61,996 nt of DNA, taken from a virus (taxonomy: Duplodnaviria > Caudoviricetes). The DNA lies in the IMG/VR virus record IMGVR_UViG_3300044302_003481, positions 1-61,996 of that record. The stretch is one strand, 5' to 3'. Each line of letters begins with the position of its first letter. Within the stretch, counting starts at the first letter, position 1. Below the pieces are notes generated by a model, which was given only the letters and a program-made list of their open reading frames with translations, did no database searches and was not told the origin of the DNA. Made by a program: the position numbers and the translations under genes. This document shows positions 53,458 through 61,996 of the stretch, in pieces.

Positions 53458-55195
53458 AAGTTACTTCCTTCTGTAATGATTCGAGGGTTCTATATAAAAA
53501 TGGGGTGAGATCAAGTCTCGGGTCTGCAGCCATCGGTAAATTCGGTTGCTGCGGATGCGGAGTCCTCATCTCTTGATTGACTAAGTCAATGAGTTGAGAA
53601 TACGCCCTCTGTACTTCTCCTACCATTCTAAACGGATAACCAGAAAGCATTCCTGCAATCTCGTCATCAGTTTTGGAAGGAAATAAATACTTCAGTGCTT
53701 CTATACTATCAACACCCAATTCTTGTAGGTTTCTTGTGAAGATAGATTGGTTCAATTTATCTTGTGCCGTATCCTCATAAACTGGTCCCATCCAACGCCA
53801 ACTAACTGATCTATCTCCGTCAGGAGCCAGTCCTACAACGCCATCTGGAATCTCTTTAGTCTCAACTGCAGCATCAATAGCTTTCTGTAAACGACTCTCA
53901 TATCTATCTTTTTGCTTTATATACTTCTCATATAGCACTTCATCATCGGGATCTTCAGGAGGAACTGGATATTTAATTCCTGATTGATAAGCTAATGACT
54001 TACGGAAGATTTGTTCTTCTTGGAAGATCATTAACTCAAAACACTTACAGACGCCGTATGTATAAAGCTGTAGGCATTTCTTCTTAGCTGTGGCACTAAC
54101 ACGTCCATAAGCTGATTTAATCTCCGTTGCAGTCACGTTTGTGATGCTTAGGTCATCAATACCACCTAGAGCGAGTCTTATCTCACTTCTAAGCTGTTCT
54201 GCATAACGAGCTTGGTCGGTACCTACAGCATTAGGAGTAATAAAACCAACACGATCAGTTGGCTCCAAATTAGCAATAACTCTTGGAACTCGGTAACCAC
54301 TACCTGGTTTACCTATGTAACCTGGTTGCTGTCTAGTTGTAGGGTCTTGTTTGAAAGTAGAACTAGAAAGATCAAAGTTTGAATTAAAACCAGATTGGCT
54401 AGAAATACTTGGCCTTTGTGCTACATCATCTGAGTTTTGCTCGATAATGTCTTGCTTTGGTCGAGAAGAAAGTAAAGTTGGATTTCCAAAGAATGATAAG
54501 TTTGCACGAATATTCTTTACCATCTCGTCATGAGCAACTATCTGACTAGATAACCACTCAAACTCACCAGCTCCATCAGTACCAAAAGCATCAGGATTAT
54601 TAAAAACTTCTACACATGGAATAAACTCCATACTGTTGTCATGCACTTTCTTATCGAAAGTGGCATAATCCATCTTTTCATTATCGAAAGTTATTTCTTG
54701 TTCACTATGAAATTCTTCAATCTCTTCAGGAGTAATACGTAAACGCATATAACGTTTATCTGTATTTAAACCTGCACCCTTAAATCCCTTAGAAGCTTTA
54801 ACTTTGTAAGGATAGATGATGATTACTTCTTCTAAATCACCTTCTGGCGAGTAATAAGTACGATAAGAATCTTTATCAAACCAATAAAGACGATAAGTCT
54901 TTTGTGTTGGTCGAATATAAAAAAGACCTTTTCCATAGGCTAAAAACCTATCCCATATGGAATCAAGTCTTGCATCTAATTTATTGAACTTTATAACCTG
55001 TTGAATAAAATCAAATCTTTGTGTTCCGAAGTTATCTTGATCAGGATAAAACTCAACTCCTTGACGTATCCCAAACATTTTCATTTGAGATAAATGAGCA
55101 TTAATCAGCATCGTGTCGGCTGATCCGCTACCGTCTCGATTTACTACCGCCTTAATAAGAGGATCGAGTGCGGATTTAGTAGCAGTATCACTCAT
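52946..55195 (-). CDS. portal protein with overprinted C-terminal extension
   Basis: Follows terminase; FIPCVEVFN..GEFE, NLSFFGNPTLL, TATEIK, WRWMGP pattern of SPP1-type portals. Confidence 0.82.
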   Translation of the reverse strand: MSDTATKSALDPLIKAVVNRDGSGSADTMLINAHLSQMKMFGIRQGVEFYPDQDNFGTQRFDFIQQVIKFNKLDARLDSIWDRFLAYGKGLFYIRPTQKTYRLYWFDKDSYRTYYSPEGDLEEVIIIYPYKVKASKGFKGAGLNTDKRYMRLRITPEEIEEFHSEQEITFDNEKMDYATFDKKVHDNSMEFIPCVEVFNNPDAFGTDGAGEFEWLSSQIVAHDEMVKNIRANLSFFGNPTLLSSRPKQDIIEQNSDDVAQRPSISSQSGFNSNFDLSSSTFKQDPTTRQQPGYIGKPGSGYRVPRVIANLEPTDRVGFITPNAVGTDQARYAEQLRSEIRLALGGIDDLSITNVTATEIKSAYGRVSATAKKKCLQLYTYGVCKCFELMIFQEEQIFRKSLAYQSGIKYPVPPEDPDDEVLYEKYIKQKDRYESRLQKAIDAAVETKEIPDGVVGLAPDGDRSVSWRWMGPVYEDTAQDKLNQSIFTRNLQELGVDSIEALKYLFPSKTDDEIAGMLSGYPFRMVGEVQRAYSQLIDLVNQEMRTPHPQQPNLPMAADPRLDLTPFLYRTLESLQKEVTYAGRYRSADPIGTPSIPDPADQLRGSSGSVSSPGTRSGNVSPMGGELPADGGTNDTSASADGGTLPEFSPYSVQPPGIPGSPTAGESLQGGVQQGGGAPEFTSPIPVPGSTVASDSSSRPGQLRFPTNDPIRQPGSSDLYAWDQQQPGILGQLFPNLTGDNTRPAPRKRS

Positions 55196-55213
55196 GAGTT
55201 TTTAACGAATTGT

Positions 55214-55396
55214 CTATTGGTCAATGGTATAACCAGCATGCAAACGTTTTAAAGTAATCACATCACCCTCGGCTTCTACATCAAATCGTTCACTTGGCTG
55301 AAGAGCCAAATCGTGACAAAGTTCATCAGGCAGAGGAATGACAACAGAACCATAAGCGTCCTGTTCGATTTCTACGTTGTAATAGCTGTTTGACAT
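55214..55396 (-). CDS. AbrB/MazE-like DNA-binding protein
   Basis: YGSVVIPLPDELCHDLALQPSERFDVEAEGDVITLKRL. Confidence 0.75.
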   Translation of the reverse strand: MSNSYYNVEIEQDAYGSVVIPLPDELCHDLALQPSERFDVEAEGDVITLKRLHAGYTIDQ

Positions 55397-55423
55397 TGGT
55401 AGGTGTCTTTCCAGTTTAAATCG

Positions 55424-56947
55424 TCAATACTCTAACTCTAGTTTTCCTTTGGTCATTAATCCATTACACAGCCATACCAATGCATCCACACAATCATCAT
55501 GGGAACTAACTCCAAAATTAACAATTTCATCAGTTAAATTAGTAAATCTCCTGTACTTATTAAATATAATTTTTCTCTGTTCAAAAAGACCCATAATTCC
55601 CCTAAAACGTGCAACTTTGTCCCCGCGAAATCCTTTAACTGCATGCCATATCATGTTATATAAACCCTGATCTCCTAAGCATATTCTTTTAAAATCAGCC
55701 TCTAAAGATGCCTGATAAGCAACAGCTTCTGACCAAATATGAACAGCATTTCCAGTAGGGAAATAATTTTTATTATCTTTGTGAATCACACCCCATTCTT
55801 CCATCATTTCCATTAAACTATCTAATTTTTCTAAATTACCCATAAGTCGTATTCTCTTGCAATCGATAATATGAATTTTGTCTTTAATACGACCTCCCAT
55901 TACAAAAACTGTATAGTCATTCTGTTCCCTTACTCCTGCTGATAAATCTACACCTACACCCATTGCATCAAATTGAGTCGCAATAGAACCTTTAACAATT
56001 AAATCTGGTGAAAGAGATAACTCACTTGTCTGTACAATTTGATTTTGATACTGGAAACTATAGGCAATTGGAGCTTGTCTTCGACGATCACGAAGATAAT
56101 CTAATGACCACATCTCAGGCCAATAAGATATTTCATCTCCATTCTTATCTACAGTTATTGCAGATTGAATAATTTGAACCCAATCATTTGCTGGAGTAAA
56201 AGTAGTTTTATGAATATCATCATGACGAAAACGAGTCCCTAGACAAACAGCTCTTCCACCCTCAAACATAGTTGGAACAATAACAGCATTCCAGTTGTCC
56301 TCCATAGCTTGGCGGATATCCCTATTTTTAATATCATCTGCACTCTTAATTGCGTCATCAATAATACAAAGATGAGAACGTTTAGATGTCACAGCACCCT
56401 TTAGACCTGCACAACAAACGGTAAATTCTTCTTCACCAGTAGATTTAATACCTGCAAATTTCCAATCAATACTCCAATATTCGTTTGAGTTTATTCCTTT
56501 AGCAATTTTTACTGTTGGAAAAACCTCTTTATAAGTCTTACTTTCTTCAATAATTCTTTTAATAGCGGCACTCTTAGGTCTTGCCACATCAACCGTATAA
56601 GAAATATATAAAATTTTCAAAGGCATACGCTTTAAAGCATGTACACCAATTGACCAAGCTGTGAACAAACCTAGAACCGTTGACTTAGCTGAACCTCGTG
56701 GAGCAAGAATATCAATATTAGGTCCAGCAATACCAGATAAACATTCACTACTATCACCCGTACATAGATATTTATGCCATTGTTTATGATGACTTGCAGG
56801 AGGTTTATCACCTACAACATCACAAAAATATGCAAAATCGACTCTTGCACGTTCGACATCAATATTGGAAGTCTTTTTGACTACCTGCTGCTTAGCTGCT
56901 GCTCTTGCAGTGCGTCTGTAGACGCTATAAATACTTGTACCTGCCAT
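55424..56947 (-). CDS. terL: terminase large subunit
   Basis: Walker A APRGSAKST, Walker B LCIIDD, GTRF, nuclease GVDLS and HDDCVDA. Confidence 0.95.
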   Translation of the reverse strand: MAGTSIYSVYRRTARAAAKQQVVKKTSNIDVERARVDFAYFCDVVGDKPPASHHKQWHKYLCTGDSSECLSGIAGPNIDILAPRGSAKSTVLGLFTAWSIGVHALKRMPLKILYISYTVDVARPKSAAIKRIIEESKTYKEVFPTVKIAKGINSNEYWSIDWKFAGIKSTGEEEFTVCCAGLKGAVTSKRSHLCIIDDAIKSADDIKNRDIRQAMEDNWNAVIVPTMFEGGRAVCLGTRFRHDDIHKTTFTPANDWVQIIQSAITVDKNGDEISYWPEMWSLDYLRDRRRQAPIAYSFQYQNQIVQTSELSLSPDLIVKGSIATQFDAMGVGVDLSAGVREQNDYTVFVMGGRIKDKIHIIDCKRIRLMGNLEKLDSLMEMMEEWGVIHKDNKNYFPTGNAVHIWSEAVAYQASLEADFKRICLGDQGLYNMIWHAVKGFRGDKVARFRGIMGLFEQRKIIFNKYRRFTNLTDEIVNFGVSSHDDCVDALVWLCNGLMTKGKLELEY

Positions 56948-56971
56948 GCACGTAGCATAGCTTAAGAATCT

Positions 56972-57457
56972 CTAACTTTCCTCTTGTAAGATTTTTGTCC
57001 AAACTCCCATTGATGCTTCTGTTAATGGACCTTCAATAGGATCGTCTCTAAAAATAGACAACATTTCTCGTAAAGCTCTGTCTGCTCCAGCAAGAATTAA
57101 ACCTTGTTTATCTAGTAATACCTTCTCATCACTAAGTTGTTTAATCGTTCCCCTTAATTCCTTTTGAAGCATTGCAATTCTGGCGGTACCCATGTCCTGC
57201 TTCACCATACCTTGTTCAATACCAATTCTTAAATTAGAAATATCCTGCTGCATTGAATCAATTTCAGCTTCCAATACTTCATTAAAGTTACGCCTTTTGA
57301 ATTTTCTCTGAGCCCATTTATCGCATTGAACGATGGTACCTGTAAACCCAAGAAATCGGGAATACAAATACATTTGAATTGAGCTTCGAGTTTGTTTACA
57401 AAAGGCTAAAAAGGCTTCTCTATCTTTTAAAGAAAGGCTCTTTAACCATTCGGTCAT
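56972..57457 (-). CDS. putative terminase small subunit
   Basis: 161-aa helical ORF immediately upstream of terL (position only). Confidence 0.45.
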   Translation of the reverse strand: MTEWLKSLSLKDREAFLAFCKQTRSSIQMYLYSRFLGFTGTIVQCDKWAQRKFKRRNFNEVLEAEIDSMQQDISNLRIGIEQGMVKQDMGTARIAMLQKELRGTIKQLSDEKVLLDKQGLILAGADRALREMLSIFRDDPIEGPLTEASMGVWTKILQEES

Positions 57458-58341
57458 ACTCTAGTTGCTGTGCGAGCTTGACTATAATCCCTATCCTCCT
57501 TGTAGCGACGGAAAGCTTCTCTTTGCATATCTGTACGACGTGTCTCTGATCCACGGGTCCTTTCTAACGCTCTGGCTTCTTCACCACCAACTCTTGCTAA
57601 TCCTCTTTCTCCTGTATATTTTTCAGCCTGTGTCTGTCTCTGTTGAGCCCCTCCTTCCCCTAATAATCCCCTTTCACCCGCATACCGCTCCGCTTGAGTC
57701 TGACGTTCTTCTTTTCCTTTAGAACTGACTAATCCTCTTTCACCGGCATAACGTTCGGATTGTGTTTCTCGTTGTTGCTTACCTCCTTCTCCTATTAGAC
57801 CTCTTTCTCCTGCATAACGTTCAGCTTGGGTTTCCCTTGCTTCTGCTGCAGTTGTCTTAACTAAGCCTCTTTCTCCTACATAACGCTCTGCTTGAGTTTC
57901 ACGAGCCTGTCTTCCACTCTCTTGTAATCCTTCGGATTGTGTTAATCGCTCTTGTTGCCCTTTTATACCTTCAGTTAACCTCGTTTGTGCGCCAACAGTT
58001 TCAGCAGTTTCTCGTTGTTCCGCTCCTTCAGTTTCTAACGCCTTTCTTCTTTCTAATCCTTCAACACCTACCTTTAATCGATCCTGCTTACCAATTGCCT
58101 CATACTCACCTTTTTTAAGATCAGAGGCTCCTTGAGCAGCTCTCATCTCTTCTGTTGTGAAATATGTCTTCAGACCCTTATCTTCTTCCGCAGCCAACTT
58201 CATGTTGATCCGCGTTTGTGCCGCAGCTGCCTCGTCCAGTACTAATTGGTTCGTTGTCTCCTGATCAACGGTATAGACATTACCGCCAATCGTATACTTT
58301 TTATCCGCAACCTTATTTGGATCGTTTTTGTCGTCAGCCAT
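57454..58341 (-). CDS. 11/22-residue repeat coiled-coil protein (candidate ejection/pilot protein)
   Basis: RETQAERYAGERGL-type repeat, five copies at a 66-nt period. Confidence 0.75.
   Translation of the reverse strand: MADDKNDPNKVADKKYTIGGNVYTVDQETTNQLVLDEAAAAQTRINMKLAAEEDKGLKTYFTTEEMRAAQGASDLKKGEYEAIGKQDRLKVGVEGLERRKALETEGAEQRETAETVGAQTRLTEGIKGQQERLTQSEGLQESGRQARETQAERYVGERGLVKTTAAEARETQAERYAGERGLIGEGGKQQRETQSERYAGERGLVSSKGKEERQTQAERYAGERGLLGEGGAQQRQTQAEKYTGERGLARVGGEEARALERTRGSETRRTDMQREAFRRYKEDRDYSQARTATRV
57600..57905. repeat. 66-nt period coding tandem repeat (5 copies)
   Basis: CCTCTTTC[T/A]CC...ATA..G unit at about 57602, 57668, 57734, 57800, 57866. Confidence 0.85.
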
Positions 58342-58393
58342 CTTTAAAATTTATCAATTAGCATTATTTAGATTCTACCAACGGTGAAGCTAA

Positions 58394-59152
58394 CTAACCT
58401 GTGAAGTATGTTCTCTTCAATCCTAATTGACCAAATTCGTTCGCCGCATCTTGTGACTTAGCTCTTGCTTCAATAAGTGCAGCCTTGGCTATACGTGGTA
58501 CTGCAAAAGCTTGTTGAGACATTAAATTAGTTCTTGCCACTCCCATTGGTGAGTTCATATAGTCATACATCTGAGCCTTATCTAACTGATAAGCATATTC
58601 ATTAGCAATCTTGTTATAAAGAAGATTTTGTTCCCTCTCTCTATCCTTCAGCCTCCTATCACGCCATCCCGAATAACCATCTTGTATAATCTTTCCAACT
58701 GACAGACCAGAACCTAGGTTTGGAACTGGGTCCGATGTAACTGCTTTTGTAGGATCATAATCTGGATTTTTCTTTTCAGCAAATATCTCAATAGGTACAC
58801 CTCCTAACGTATTTGGAGCATCTATTCTTCTTCCCCATTCATCTAAACCTGATCCTCTCTTATCAAGATCCCCTTTAGTCCAAGGTAATGCATCATATGC
58901 ACCAGTGAAAACTCTAGGTATACCTAACCACCCAGTAGGTGCATCTTCACTAATAATTACACCATCCCTGACTAATGTTCCATCAGGTAATTGTTCATAT
59001 TGTGGCCCTTTTTTTGTAGGATCAAATCTAGGATCAGGAATAGTTGGGTCCCAATAATTAATCCTCCCAACAGAAGAATTATTTCCCATCCCTAAGATGT
59101 TATTAATCTTAGTTAAGAAATTATCTTTGCGATTATTGAGTTTTGTACTCAT
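58394..59152 (-). CDS. hypothetical protein (candidate internal virion protein)
   Basis: 252 aa; N-terminal RKDNFLTKI. Confidence 0.7.
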   Translation of the reverse strand: MSTKLNNRKDNFLTKINNILGMGNNSSVGRINYWDPTIPDPRFDPTKKGPQYEQLPDGTLVRDGVIISEDAPTGWLGIPRVFTGAYDALPWTKGDLDKRGSGLDEWGRRIDAPNTLGGVPIEIFAEKKNPDYDPTKAVTSDPVPNLGSGLSVGKIIQDGYSGWRDRRLKDREREQNLLYNKIANEYAYQLDKAQMYDYMNSPMGVARTNLMSQQAFAVPRIAKAALIEARAKSQDAANEFGQLGLKRTYFTG

Positions 59153-59157
59153 GGTCC

Positions 59158-59952
59158 TTAGAAGTATCTAAAGTTGTTTCTGTTTTGCATTGCATTTGCT
59201 ACAGCTTGATTACTAGCTTCAGCCATATTAAATCCTGATGCCTGAGAAGCTTCACTCATCGCTCTAGCCATCTCAATATTCTCTTTTAACTGCTTAGCAG
59301 CGGCTTGACGAGCAAGGTCTGCTTTCTCTTTTCTCTCAGTCTGAGCAAAAGTCGTATCGCCAAGAATATTCATTACATTTGCGTTTGTTCTTGCATCTAA
59401 TTGTCTACCAAGCCTATCGCCAAATGGAACTCCTGCTGGATCTAAGCGATACCAGTAATTACCTTGTGGTCCCATCATCCGGTCAATCGTTCCTGGTGGT
59501 AAATTCTGACTTCCTAAAACATCTCCAGAATTAGGATCTCCTCGTCCTGATAATTGACTAGCTGCAATACCTCCAGTTCTATTTACTGCACCACCAACAG
59601 GTCCACCTGAACCACTTGTAGCCATTACACCTAGACCACTAGCAAGAGGTACACCTACAGCCGCTAAATTTTGTGCTCTTGAAAGAGGAACACCCATCTT
59701 AGTTAAGCCTGCTCTACCTAAGAAACGTGCTTTTGGTCCACCCAGTCCAAATATCTGCCCCATGGAAGCGCCTTGAAGACCACCCTGTATCATTCCTCCT
59801 AATCCTTCACCCTGTAATGCAGATGAACCAAACCCATAAGCACCACCATATTTCCACAAATTATTTCCTAAATGAGTACCAATAGGTCTAGCAAATCTTA
59901 ATGCGTCATCTAAATAAGGAAGACCTTTTGAAACTAGTGTGCCCCAACCCAT
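59158..59952 (-). CDS. Gly-rich membrane-active protein (candidate ejection protein)
   Basis: GxxxG-rich N half, Ala/Gln helical C half. Confidence 0.7.
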   Translation of the reverse strand: MGWGTLVSKGLPYLDDALRFARPIGTHLGNNLWKYGGAYGFGSSALQGEGLGGMIQGGLQGASMGQIFGLGGPKARFLGRAGLTKMGVPLSRAQNLAAVGVPLASGLGVMATSGSGGPVGGAVNRTGGIAASQLSGRGDPNSGDVLGSQNLPPGTIDRMMGPQGNYWYRLDPAGVPFGDRLGRQLDARTNANVMNILGDTTFAQTERKEKADLARQAAAKQLKENIEMARAMSEASQASGFNMAEASNQAVANAMQNRNNFRYF

Positions 59953-59993
59953 TTTTTTAATCTCAATACATATATCTAATTATTTTAGTGGCT

Positions 59994-60215
59994 CTAACTC
60001 TTAGACAATAACTCTTCTTTAGCTAATGATAAATAATTCCGCAAAACGTTTAAATCAAGCATCAAAACTCCATCCACTTCATGCACAGCTTCAGGGATAA
60101 TTTCTTGTACTTGTTGTGCCGAAAATCCAGCTCTTAACGATTGAGCTGGATCTATATTTTCTTTATACCGAAATTGAATCGGCTCTAACTTTTTTAACTT
60201 CTCAAGCGCACTCAC
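59994..60215 (-). CDS. stand-alone peptidase S74 chaperone fragment
   Basis: ALEKLKKLEPIQFRYK...AGFSAQQVQEIIPEAV; GTG start with AAGGGG upstream (track start 60239). Confidence 0.75.
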   Translation of the reverse strand: MSALEKLKKLEPIQFRYKENIDPAQSLRAGFSAQQVQEIIPEAVHEVDGVLMLDLNVLRNYLSLAKEELLSKS

Positions 60216-60678
60216 GGAGCCCCTTAACAAAGAATGCAATCTCAGCTAAAGAATCACTAACTTCAGTACTTTCTAGTGGAGCCATATCAACTTTAAGTCT
60301 TTCATCACAGGCGGCAAATAAAGCCTGTGCACCAGCAGAAACTCCAGCACCAACTGCACTACCAAGAAGCTTTTCACCAAGCCCAGGTTGAGAAGGAGCT
60401 GTTGGCATAATAGTTGCCTGTGGATGAGTGTATTGGAATAAGAAGTGTTTACCCTTATCACCTATAGGAGATATTGAACCTCCACCCATTGTTCCAGGAT
60501 TAAATACATTTTTATCTCCACTACCACTGCTACTTCCTCCACCCATTCCACCAGACTTCCAGATATCAAGAAAACTCTTTCCAAACTCAGGTCCGAAATT
60601 TTTAGAGAAGGCTCCCCCAAATGTTTCTTTCTCTTCAGAATTATCATCAACTCTCTTATGGATAGACTTGGTAGACAT
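60202..60678 (-). CDS. Gly-rich protein ending in an S74-type cleavage motif (CDERLK)
   Basis: LLGSAVGAGVSAGAQALFAACDERLKVDMAPLE. Confidence 0.7.
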   Translation of the reverse strand: MSTKSIHKRVDDNSEEKETFGGAFSKNFGPEFGKSFLDIWKSGGMGGGSSSGSGDKNVFNPGTMGGGSISPIGDKGKHFLFQYTHPQATIMPTAPSQPGLGEKLLGSAVGAGVSAGAQALFAACDERLKVDMAPLESTEVSDSLAEIAFFVKGLRECA

Positions 60679-60715
60679 TTTAAATCTCTTTTTTATTCAT
60701 TATACGTTCACTCAT

Positions 60716-61534
60716 TTAGAAGTACTTAGTTGTTCCTCTTCCATAAACGTTATTAAGAAATCTATCTACATCCGTAGAAACTCCTGAAGAACCTCCCTGT
60801 ACACCTGGAGTACCCGCCTCGCCTCTTAACTCTATAAGTTCTCTTTTATGAGCATGCTTTAAATTTTCTAACTCAGTCTTAGCACGAGCAGCTTCTCTTG
60901 CTGATTCAACACTTGGGTTGTATTCATTAGAAGATCTACTACCTGTGTCACTTAAATCATAGCCTTCAACAGAATTTGAATAAGATGAACGAGGCTTTCC
61001 ACCTTCAGCAAATGCACTTAAAGCTAAGCCACCTGCAATCAATGGCGCAGCAGCCGTAGTTGCACCAACAACACTTGCAGTTATCTCCGGATTTTCATAA
61101 AGACCTCTTCTCCAACCTCGATCCTTTAAATCTTGAGTACTTTTTAAAAGGACGTCACCACTAGGATTAAAGAAAGTATCCTCAGGTCTAGGTCGCCCTG
61201 TTTGCACAGCACCTGCCTGTTGCTTAGGATTTGCTTTCTCAGTCAATCTACTGTAAGTAGCTCTAGCTGGATCTTCACCCATACGCTTCCAATATCCACT
61301 CATTACATTACCTAAATAGTCTTTTCCTTTAGCTAAAGCAGCATCAGTATCCTTTCCCATTATGTGCATTCCTATATCAGCAATGACGGGCCAATTACCT
61401 GGCAATTTACCAAGTAAAGCTCTTATTCCAACATCTCTTAATTCACTCGCAGTTTGATTTCTAGTTCCATCAGCTTTTACTGTAGGTCTTCTAAAAGTAG
61501 TTGAACCTTCTTTAGTTTCTTCCCAAGCAGCCAT
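60716..61534 (-). CDS. hypothetical protein with hydrophobic segment (candidate ejection protein)
   Basis: ASVVGATTAAAPLIAGGLALSAFA; C-terminal DVDRFLNNVY. Confidence 0.7.
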   Translation of the reverse strand: MAAWEETKEGSTTFRRPTVKADGTRNQTASELRDVGIRALLGKLPGNWPVIADIGMHIMGKDTDAALAKGKDYLGNVMSGYWKRMGEDPARATYSRLTEKANPKQQAGAVQTGRPRPEDTFFNPSGDVLLKSTQDLKDRGWRRGLYENPEITASVVGATTAAAPLIAGGLALSAFAEGGKPRSSYSNSVEGYDLSDTGSRSSNEYNPSVESAREAARAKTELENLKHAHKRELIELRGEAGTPGVQGGSSGVSTDVDRFLNNVYGRGTTKYF

Positions 61535-61995
61535 TACACTGTTACCTCTTGACTTGGAGCTTTGTTAGCCTCATTAGGATTAGCTTCAGTACTACCAGCA
61601 TTAGCGGGTTCTTCAAACATATATCTAAGGTTGGATGAACCTACGAAAGTTTCGTCGTCTATTAGACGCGAGGCATAATATGTATCATAAAACGACTGCA
61701 CATCAGCCGTATCAACTCTATCTGCTAACCCACCTGTCTTATTACCTGGCGCAAAATCATTAAAGGCAAAATTTTCCCACTTCTTATAAGCATCATCAGC
61801 TGGTTTAAACCCTTTCTCATCAGGACTAATGAATGACCTTGCAGATCTATAGAAATCATTATCTCTAACGTCTGGGTTTGTATCATCTAAAAGACCTTTC
61901 CACTGAGCACTACCAGTTGTTTTATCAGGATCGAAATATTTATCTTGACTAAGTGAACCAGCTTCTGCCCATGGATTTACCTTAAGAGTCTTATC
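61534..61995 (-). CDS. hypothetical protein, 5'-truncated by the window edge
   Basis: Open frame DKTLKVNPWAEAG...PSQEVTV*; stop overlaps the next ATG. Confidence 0.65.
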   Translation of the reverse strand, partial: DKTLKVNPWAEAGSLSQDKYFDPDKTTGSAQWKGLLDDTNPDVRDNDFYRSARSFISPDEKGFKPADDAYKKWENFAFNDFAPGNKTGGLADRVDTADVQSFYDTYYASRLIDDETFVGSSNLRYMFEEPANAGSTEANPNEANKAPSQEVTV

Positions 61996-61996
61996 C

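Noticed and set aside
57600-57905. 66-nt period repeat as a mini CRISPR array
   Set aside because: Copies differ mainly at third codon positions within an open frame
1-61996. tRNA, rRNA, integrase/att sites, psbA/psbD, genetic-code reassignment
   Set aside because: None recognised by eye; long ORFs are intact under the standard code with all three stops used. A tRNAscan run would confirm the absence of tRNAs

Overview
This AT-rich 62-kb window is most of a tailed dsDNA phage genome that infects a marine picocyanobacterium. Prochlorococcus/Synechococcus-type hli genes, NblA-like genes and a DUF4278 gene point to that host. The left arm (about 1.3-14 kb, mostly + strand) is a replication module: T7-like family A DNA polymerase, tandem-OB SSB, Gp157-like protein, PD-(D/E)XK exonuclease and a Prim-Pol/SF3 primase-helicase fusion. 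It is followed by host-interaction genes (outer-membrane barrel, SET domain, hli cluster). The right arm (about 35-62 kb, - strand) is morphogenesis: Gly-rich candidate ejection proteins, terminase, portal, scaffold, major capsid protein, adaptor and fibre/spike genes. Two more S74-chaperoned fibres lie at 15.5-20.7 kb. I recognised no RNA polymerase, sigma factor, integrase, sheath, long tape measure, tRNA or CRISPR array. The architecture resembles the poorly studied S-EIV1-like cyanophage lineage (inference from recall). The most interesting signals are: (1) a DUF4278 gene with an NtcA box in repressor position; (2) two NblA-like genes; (3) a short shared xx[D/N/S/E/R]FL motif in many unrelated disordered proteins, a candidate capsid-cargo address; (4) a 512-nt portal/scaffold dual-coding overlap; (5) four enzyme homologues with substituted catalytic residues; (6) a split, Cys-type S74 chaperone; (7) a secreted multi-gene envelope cassette. 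All family calls come from motif recognition by eye, not database searches.
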